20,111 nucleotides of DNA. It comes from Candidatus Nanohalarchaeota archaeon (GTDB lineage Archaea > Nanohalarchaeota > Nanosalinia > Nanosalinales > Nanoanaerosalinaceae). Numbering within the stretch: the stretch's first letter is position 1; every line of letters starts with the position of its first letter. The notes beneath the pieces are model-generated. The model was not told the DNA's origin. It saw nothing but the letters and a program-made list of their open reading frames with translations, and did no database searches. A program made the position numbers and the translations under genes. Shown here piece by piece: positions 15,002-20,111 of the stretch. Location: positions 1-20,111 of the forward strand of contig JALDAG010000015.1 of NCBI GenBank assembly GCA_022729255.1, in the 5' to 3' direction.

Positions 15002-15719
15002 ACCTTCTGTTCAGATAATCCTCCTTAGAAAAAACAAGCTCATGACTTTTTTCTTTCAACCATTGACGCCCTTTTCTGTAATCAGGAAATTTTTCTTCAA
15101 GACTTTTCCAGAAATTCTTGTCATGTTTCATATTTTCAAGATGAGTTAATTCATGAGCAACAACATAGTTTAAGACTTTTTCAGGTCCCAGGCATAACTT
15201 CCAGTTGAAAGAAAGGTTATTCTTTGAGGAACAGCTTCCCCACTTGGTCTTCTGATCCCTGATAAATATCTTGTTGTAGTCCTTTTGGATCTTCTTGGAG
15301 AAAATTCTTACTCTCTTCTTTATCTCCATTTTTGCTTCCCTTTTCAATATATCTCTGACTTTATCCTTGATCGATTTTTCTCCGATGTATCTTTTCGCTA
15401 TTAGAATATAATTATCTCTTAACTTATGGCTGTTACCATCTATTATCTTAATCTTTCTATACTTCCCAAGAAAAGGTATGGTTTCTCCCTCTTCGAAAAC
15501 CCTTTCAGGCAATTTTTCGATGTAACTATCGTATTCTCTTTTTTTACTAAGAACCCAATCCAAGTTTTCATCCAAAAATCTTTCAGGATCCAAAAAACTT
15601 TTTTTAGGTATCACAACCCTTAAAACTCCAATACCAACATCTATACGGGCATTTTTAGCTTTTTCACTTTTCCTTATATCGTAATCAAGACAAAGACCCG
15701 GTCTCACAAATTTAGGCAT
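15000..15719 (-). CDS. DUF45/YgjP-family zinc metallopeptidase-like (WLM/SprT-like HExxH) protein
   Basis: 239 aa. C-terminal HELTHLENMKHDKNFWKSLEEKFPDYRKGRQWLKE matches the HEL.H..E.NHS..FW.LV....PDY......WL motif of the YgjP family. Confidence 0.7.
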   Translation of the reverse strand: MPKFVRPGLCLDYDIRKSEKAKNARIDVGIGVLRVVIPKKSFLDPERFLDENLDWVLSKKREYDSYIEKLPERVFEEGETIPFLGKYRKIKIIDGNSHKLRDNYILIAKRYIGEKSIKDKVRDILKREAKMEIKKRVRIFSKKIQKDYNKIFIRDQKTKWGSCSSKNNLSFNWKLCLGPEKVLNYVVAHELTHLENMKHDKNFWKSLEEKFPDYRKGRQWLKEKSHELVFSKEDYLNRR

Positions 15720-15794
15720 ACAAAATAAATGTTTTTATTCCACTGTTTAATATCCTGATGGTTTCTTTTAGAAGAGGAGGATTATTTGTAAGCG

Positions 15795-16232
15795 TCAATC
15801 TAAAATATTTTTTGCGATATACTCTGCAGGAGGTATGGTTTCGATGGATTCCAATTCTTTCCTAGTGAACCATCCTACATCAGAAATCTTATGGTCGCTC
15901 AAGTCTTTTTCTCCTCCTTCAAGATGGCATAGATAAACTGTGATCAGGACATGCACCCTCTTTTCTTCGTATTCAAGCATGTAGCTGAAGACATCTTTGA
16001 AAAGTTCAGGGTTCGAAACCTCGTAACCGGTCTCTTCATCAACCTCTCTAACAGCAGTTTCTTCGGGATCTTCCCCAAACTCTATTCTTCCACCGGGTAA
16101 CTCCCATTTACCGTGAAGTTTTTCGTCACCTCTACTTTCTCTCCTAACAAGAAGCAATTCTTTTCCTTCTCCTTTCATCACCGCTCCACAAGAAACCATG
16201 AAACGTATTTCTTTTTTACATGCATCCTTCAT
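15795..16232 (-). CDS. NUDIX hydrolase
   Basis: Perfect Nudix box GGRIEFGEDPEETAVREVDEETGY (G.5E.7REU.EE.GU). 145 aa; an alternative start lies at Met11. GAGGT 8 nt upstream of ATG 16232. Confidence 0.85.
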   Translation of the reverse strand: MKDACKKEIRFMVSCGAVMKGEGKELLLVRRESRGDEKLHGKWELPGGRIEFGEDPEETAVREVDEETGYEVSNPELFKDVFSYMLEYEEKRVHVLITVYLCHLEGGEKDLSDHKISDVGWFTRKELESIETIPPAEYIAKNILD

Positions 16233-16242
16233 TTTTTATACC

Positions 16243-16347
16243 TCAACCGTGTTTTTTCCCTGTATGGATGTGAAGTCCTTGCTCCGAATCAAACATTTCT
16301 CCACACTTTTCACATTCAAACTTTTCTCTCTCATGGACTTTCCCCAC
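16243..16347 (-). CDS. Unannotated micro-ORF, 34 aa, classical C2H2 zinc finger (VGKVHEREKFECEKCGEMFDSEQGLHIHTGKKHG), GTG start
   Basis: My own translation of the minus strand of the 182-bp gap. F-x-C-x2-C-x3-F-x5-L-x2-H-x4-H matches the C2H2 consensus exactly, including the structural Phe/Leu. TGA stop at 16243-45 lies 11 bp upstream of the NUDIX ATG. GTG at 16345-47 is the only in-frame start after an upstream TGA. TATA-like tttatag (16383-16389, minus strand) lies about 38 nt upstream. Confidence 0.4.
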   Translation of the reverse strand: MGKVHEREKFECEKCGEMFDSEQGLHIHTGKKHG

Positions 16348-16414
16348 GGTTTTCTTTCAGCGATATTATCGATCTGTTGACCTATAAAGAAACAATATAT
16401 TTAAAATGTTGTTA

Positions 16415-17116
16415 TCAGTCAGCATTTTTGCTGTAGAACATTACTTCGGTATCACCTGATCTGATAGCTTCTTTAATACTTTTAACATTTTTTTCGCAGA
16501 GTAAAACCGTTTTCCAAGAAGAAACATCTTTCTTTGAATGCATATCAGAATTAGCTACATAGTTCAGTCCTTCCATACCTACATGAGAGAAATAATCGTC
16601 ACGGTTACCGATTTCCCAAGCATCGAATAAATCCCTGAACTTTTCAAGACGATCCCAGAGGTAAGTATTTCCTTCATGTCTACTTGAAGTGGTTCCATTC
16701 ACAGGGTGAGGGGCTATGGCAACACCTCCCTGTTTTTTAATGGCCTTGATTATGGGTTCCGCTTCCTGATTAGGATCTATGAACTCTGTAACGTCGAGAC
16801 CCAGGATATGAAAACCCCTTGTATTGGCGGTAAACTCTATCCCAGGGATTACGAGCAGCCCATACTTCTCCATAGCTAATTCCTTGCATCTCTCTATCTC
16901 GTTGTAGTACTCATCAAGTTGTTCACGGATAAGACTTCTCCTGTACTTCTTATCAACATTTTTGTTTTTCAGACTGTCAGCGTCCAGAAAATGATCTGTT
17001 ATCGCTATAACATCGAAACCTTCTTTTCCATATATATTTACTACTTCTTCTATACTGAGATCTCCATCACTGTTTTTTGTATGTATGTGGAGATCGCACA
17101 ACAGTTTTTTTGACAT
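16415..17116 (-). CDS. PHP-domain (polymerase/histidinol-phosphatase-like) metal-dependent phosphoesterase
   Basis: 233 aa. N-terminal LCDLHIHTKNSDGDLSIEEV...VIAITDH. His/Asp metal ligands are spaced as in PHP domains. Confidence 0.75.
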   Translation of the reverse strand: MSKKLLCDLHIHTKNSDGDLSIEEVVNIYGKEGFDVIAITDHFLDADSLKNKNVDKKYRRSLIREQLDEYYNEIERCKELAMEKYGLLVIPGIEFTANTRGFHILGLDVTEFIDPNQEAEPIIKAIKKQGGVAIAPHPVNGTTSSRHEGNTYLWDRLEKFRDLFDAWEIGNRDDYFSHVGMEGLNYVANSDMHSKKDVSSWKTVLLCEKNVKSIKEAIRSGDTEVMFYSKNAD

Positions 17117-17156
17117 ACATATTTCTTTGAAAACACACCACTAAAACTGTTTTGGT

Positions 17157-17909
17157 TTAATCGGTCTGTTCTCTCAAATCATCTAACTTTTTCTCAAGTT
17201 TTTCTCTTATTACTTCGTTTAGGTCTCTGCTCAGACGGAAGTAATGGTTTACAGATAATACCCTGGTCTTGAAATCAGATATCTTTTTATTTTCTTTCAC
17301 CCTTTGATTAAGCTCCATAGTTGCATCACGGTATAGATGTTTGAAAGTTGCTATCTTAGGCGATACATAGTTCTGATTAAATTCCAAAACAGCCTTTCTG
17401 GTCTTGTAAGCTATGTCCAAAGAATTAACTATGTCGACAAGGAAAACTCCGTAAACCATCCCAAGGAAGAAAACACCTACTGAAGAGATATTAAGATCGT
17501 TTAAGAGGTACTGGAAGTAAGGAAACAGGGAATACTTGAAAACTCCTGCAAGTATCAACCAGTAAACAAGGAATCTTAGACAGACATGTCCATGGATATT
17601 GAACTTTCTATCGGAGTAGTCCCATAGCCTTATACGAAAAAATCTCTGGAATAGGAAACCTGTTATGTATTCCATTACACCTATTGAAACTAAGAACAAA
17701 GCTGCACTTCCTAAAACTGTTAATTCATTGGAGTAAACTGTGAGTAAATAGGTGATAAATCCTCCGAAACCATATATCGGTAGATATGGTCCTTTGAGAA
17801 ATCCTGGGTTTAAAAAGTGTCCGGTTTCCTGAGATCTGTATGTTAATTCGATTATCCATCCGAGAGCTGCAAAAATCAGGTAAGTGAGTAAAAGGTTTCC
17901 TATATCCAT
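17157..17909 (-). CDS. Polytopic membrane protein, DUF1113 ('putative ABC-transporter type IV', PF06541-like) with C-terminal charged coiled-coil tail
   Basis: 250 aa. N-terminal LGWIIELTYRSQETGHFLNPGFLKGPYLPIYGFGG is reminiscent of that family. About 5 TM segments, then a 70-aa K/E-rich tail. Confidence 0.5.
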   Translation of the reverse strand: MDIGNLLLTYLIFAALGWIIELTYRSQETGHFLNPGFLKGPYLPIYGFGGFITYLLTVYSNELTVLGSAALFLVSIGVMEYITGFLFQRFFRIRLWDYSDRKFNIHGHVCLRFLVYWLILAGVFKYSLFPYFQYLLNDLNISSVGVFFLGMVYGVFLVDIVNSLDIAYKTRKAVLEFNQNYVSPKIATFKHLYRDATMELNQRVKENKKISDFKTRVLSVNHYFRLSRDLNEVIREKLEKKLDDLREQTD

Positions 17910-17981
17910 ATCTAAGACACTTCACCTAATAAGAAGATTTAACCCGATGGTTAAAAAACTGATCGAATCCTTAGACATATC

Positions 17982-18302
17982 CTATAGCCTTTCTTCAACC
18001 CATTCAACTATATCATCCGATTCCATAACACCTGAAAAACCATCTTTCTTCTCTCCATCTATAAATAAGACGACATGAGGAATACTTCTAACTCCAAGAT
18101 CTTCTGAGACTTCAGGCAACTCATCTATGTTGACCTTCACAAAATTAACGGAACTCATCTCTTTACCACACTTCTCAAATTTAGGTCCGAGTTTTTTGCA
18201 TGGGAGACACCATTCAGCCCAAAAATCCACTACCACGGGGTTTTCTTCGGATTTTTTCAGGACCTTTTTTTCAAACTCTTCCTCATTCTTTATCTCTTCC
18301 AT
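17982..18302 (-). CDS. trxA: Thioredoxin
   Basis: 106 aa. Active site WAEWCLPCK (Trx WCGPC variant) and cis-Pro context SIPHVVLF. Its start is 11 bp downstream of the stop of the Trx-CcdA gene. Confidence 0.85.
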   Translation of the reverse strand: MEEIKNEEEFEKKVLKKSEENPVVVDFWAEWCLPCKKLGPKFEKCGKEMSSVNFVKVNIDELPEVSEDLGVRSIPHVVLFIDGEKKDGFSGVMESDDIVEWVEERL

Positions 18303-18313
18303 AAATATTCACC

Positions 18314-19504
18314 TCACAAAAACGGCAAAAAATACTGCAGGTAGTAGTAAGCCAAGAAAAACATGATTAGAGAGGCTGCAAGTGTAGTCCATGTAACCAC
18401 ATTTTCTTGGTCGAACCACATTTTTTTCGTTAAAACCGCTCCAAGGAAAATAACAAGTTCTATGAACATGTAAAAGAACAGGTACATCAAAATATAAGCC
18501 CCTGAAGCCATCGTAGTAACACCGGCGTCTGCCAGCACCCCTGTGAATACAAGTGGAAGACCTATCGAACACGGCAGTTCAACTATTACCATCACCAGTG
18601 CAAAAAGAATAATTATACCTGCTGTTGCAAACAAACCTGATTTAGGGTTTTTAAGGACTTGGGTGACTTTTCTTCTCACCTTTGAAACGTACTTGTTCCC
18701 TGTGGTCTCACACGTGGGTCCGTACTTGTAAAACTGCAAAAATTCCTTGAAAAAATAAATACCTGCTGTAAGTGCTACAAGACCTATAAATAATTCTAGA
18801 AGCCCTAGATAACCTATTATAGCGTTTATTAGGCCGTACCATGCGAATACTATGATTCCATAAACTGAGACTGTGGTCAGAATAAAGAGTCCTCCATAAA
18901 AAAGTATTTTCTTCCTTGAATCAAGTTTCAAAACGATGCCAAGTATCAATAACAAAGCTCCTATACTACAGACATTGAAACCATCTGCTGTACCTAGTAC
19001 AGTGGCCAGCAAGGGTAAGGAAAATTTGGATATATCTGTTTCACCTATAAACGGAAGATTAACCATTCTTTCATCTCTATCACCTTCATCGACTTTACCC
19101 TTCACAACGTTTTCTATACCTCTCTGTATGGTTGAATCGAACCCTTGGAAGAACTCTCCACCCACAAAAGTCATGGGAACAGCTATCCTTTCGATAGTTA
19201 CATTGTATTCTTCGGCAAGATCGTCAAGTTTTTGCATAGATTCTTCATCATAAATGTTGTGCTTGTAAACATCCAGTTCAGGATGGTCTTCAAAAAGGGT
19301 TTGGTGGAACTTTTCTTGATCAGTACATACAGGACAACCATCCATGTAAAAGTAGTGGTACTCTATTTTACTTTCTTCATCTGAAACATTGTTATTATCA
19401 TCTCCGATTGTTTCTGTTCCACTTACAGCTCCAATAAGAAATACCGAGATCGCTAATATTACTAGAAGTGTTTTGATAATTCTTTTCATGTGTTCCACCA
19501 ACAA
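18314..19504 (-). CDS. Fusion of an extracytoplasmic thioredoxin/glutaredoxin-like domain (CPVC) to a CcdA/DsbD-type transmembrane thiol-disulfide electron transporter
   Basis: N-terminal signal/anchor (IIKTLLVILAISVFLIGAVSG). Trx-like YFYMDGCPVCTDQEKF....MTFVGGEFFQGF. Then 6-8 TM helices with the two conserved CcdA Cys, in FNVCSIGALLLILG and VELPCSIGLPLVFTG. Confidence 0.8.
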   Translation of the reverse strand: MLVEHMKRIIKTLLVILAISVFLIGAVSGTETIGDDNNNVSDEESKIEYHYFYMDGCPVCTDQEKFHQTLFEDHPELDVYKHNIYDEESMQKLDDLAEEYNVTIERIAVPMTFVGGEFFQGFDSTIQRGIENVVKGKVDEGDRDERMVNLPFIGETDISKFSLPLLATVLGTADGFNVCSIGALLLILGIVLKLDSRKKILFYGGLFILTTVSVYGIIVFAWYGLINAIIGYLGLLELFIGLVALTAGIYFFKEFLQFYKYGPTCETTGNKYVSKVRRKVTQVLKNPKSGLFATAGIIILFALVMVIVELPCSIGLPLVFTGVLADAGVTTMASGAYILMYLFFYMFIELVIFLGAVLTKKMWFDQENVVTWTTLAASLIMFFLAYYYLQYFLPFL

Positions 19505-19534
19505 CTTATTATTTGAAACAGGTTAAAAAGATAG

Positions 19535-19551
19535 GTTTCATATCCTGAAAC
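19535..19551. promoter_or_regulatory. Inverted repeat GTTTCA-tatcc-TGAAAC, about 31-47 bp upstream of the Trx-CcdA start, plus direct repeats TGAAACAG at 19514-19521 and 19546-19553
   Basis: Seen directly in the 67-bp gap between the regulator stop (19571) and the Trx-CcdA start (19504). It overlaps the expected BRE/TATA position (ggttaaaaagatagg). Confidence 0.4.
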
Positions 19552-19570
19552 AGCAGGTTTAACACCGTTT

Positions 19571-20017
19571 CTAACAGTATTTTTTGTCCAATTTCACTAA
19601 ATTAGTGTTACCGTTGGGAAGTTTTTCTATAATTCCTTTTTGTTCCATTTTTTTAAGAATCCTGCTGACCTTAACCTTTGAAAGCCCGGTCTTTTTGACA
19701 ATCTTCGACTGCATGATTTCTTTTTCCCTGAAAAGTACCTCCATAACTTTTCTATCATTTTCTTCCATCAATTTAAGAATAGTACCTGTTTCTACATGGT
19801 CTTTCTCCTCATCTTTGAAAAGCACGAAAATAAGCATACCTGTGAAAAGTCCTAAAGAGCCCATGAAAGGTATGAAGAGGTATGGTGGTACAGCACATCC
19901 ACAGTATACATCTTCCCCTATATTTAACTGGGTGTAAAGTGATGATAAAGAAACCGCTAGTACGAATAAAGATATCAGGACCATCCCAGCCACATACTTT
20001 TTCCTGCTTTTCATCAC
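19571..20017 (-). CDS. Membrane-anchored winged-HTH transcriptional regulator with 2 TM helices and a short external loop carrying a CGC motif
   Basis: 148 aa. Positively charged N-terminus MMKSRKK, TM1, the loop TQLNIGEDVYCGCAVPPY, TM2, then the cytoplasmic wHTH ILKLMEENDRKVMEVLFREKEIMQSKIVKKTGLSKVKVSRILKKMEQKGIIEK (MarR/TrmB-like). Confidence 0.7.
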   Translation of the reverse strand: MMKSRKKYVAGMVLISLFVLAVSLSSLYTQLNIGEDVYCGCAVPPYLFIPFMGSLGLFTGMLIFVLFKDEEKDHVETGTILKLMEENDRKVMEVLFREKEIMQSKIVKKTGLSKVKVSRILKKMEQKGIIEKLPNGNTNLVKLDKKYC

Positions 20018-20111
20018 AAAAAGAATTGTTTTACAGGTTTTAAAATAATGTTTTTTTAAAAAGTATTTTTCAATTGATTTATTATAGACTCATCGATTTT
20101 TTCAGGGTCGA

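Noticed and set aside
14681-15018. Plus-strand ORFs 14681-14869 and 14755-15018 across the wHTH gene and intergenic regions
   Set aside because: Low-complexity (LLLLPLLL) translations antisense to the wHTH CDS. The plus-strand signal of interest (hairpin plus T-tract) is recorded separately as a possible sRNA or terminator.
16007-16018. tRNA T-loop-like GGGTTCGAAACC
   Set aside because: Lies inside the NUDIX CDS with no acceptor or anticodon arm pairing around it. Chance match.
16279-16335. Alternative minus-strand ATG micro-ORF in the same gap (MREKSLNVKSVEKCLIRSKDFTSIQGKNTVEV)
   Set aside because: Different frame from the zinc finger. No motif and it ends inside the same gap. Kept only as a competing reading if the C2H2 ORF is refuted.
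16113-16436. Plus-strand ORFs 16113-16436 and 16198-16380 in the NUDIX-PHP gap
   Set aside because: No homology features. The minus strand of the same region gives a perfect C2H2 finger, which is the preferred reading.
18127-19384. Plus-strand ORFs inside thioredoxin and Trx-CcdA genes
   Set aside because: Antisense to CDSs with CxxC and CcdA motifs.
19584-19937. 117-aa plus-strand ORF opposite the membrane HTH regulator
   Set aside because: Antisense, Ser/Leu-rich mirror translation. The regulator reading has clear TM plus wHTH architecture.
1-20111. Search for CRISPR repeats, IS or transposase genes, integrases, tRNA or rRNA
   Set aside because: No regularly spaced direct repeats, no DDE or tyrosine-recombinase-like ORFs and no stable RNA genes were found. 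The window looks like core or accessory chromosome rather than a mobile element.

Overview
This is a 20.1 kb window of low-GC (about 35%) prokaryotic chromosomal DNA, with no rRNA, tRNA, CRISPR array, transposase or integrase visible. About 20 protein-coding genes are tightly packed on both strands, and an unannotated micro-ORF brings the count to 21. Many start codons sit roughly 25-35 bp downstream of AT-rich TATA-like boxes, a few genes (the Csp gene, the ADI-like gene) have good Shine-Dalgarno sites, and 3' ends are marked by T-tracts and small hairpins. This pattern, plus many acidic Glu/Asp-rich proteins, makes me suspect a low-GC archaeon, possibly DPANN-like or moderately halophilic, but I cannot prove lineage from sequence alone.

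Gene content, in order along the window:
- a 5'-truncated large secreted protein that is extremely acidic and cysteine-rich, with InlB-B-repeat-like domains, duplicated Cys modules and a perfect 30-bp x3 Asp/Asn repeat
- an aldehyde dehydrogenase
- a YdbS/YdbT-like bacterial-PH (bPH_2) gene pair
- a tandem HD (RelA/SpoT-hydrolase-like) protein
- a cold-shock protein
- a membrane-anchored ankyrin-repeat protein
- two paralogous membrane SGNH-hydrolase/TPR proteins in inverted orientation, bracketing a short-form arginine-deiminase-family gene and an ornithine carbamoyltransferase gene
- an SPFH/stomatin protein
- a glycine-zipper hypothetical
- a small winged-helix protein
- a minus-strand cluster: DUF45/YgjP metallopeptidase, NUDIX, PHP phosphoesterase, DUF1113-like membrane protein, thioredoxin, an extracytoplasmic Trx-like domain fused to CcdA/DsbD, and a two-TM membrane HTH regulator with a CGC loop

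The most interesting candidates:
- the inverted SGNH/TPR paralog pair around the ADI-like and OTC cassette
- the membrane CxC-loop HTH regulator adjacent to the Trx-CcdA/Trx disulfide relay, in the same window as the Cys-rich secreted giant
- an unannotated 34-aa perfect C2H2 zinc-finger micro-ORF immediately upstream of the NUDIX gene
- a perfect 19-bp palindrome upstream of the winged-helix gene
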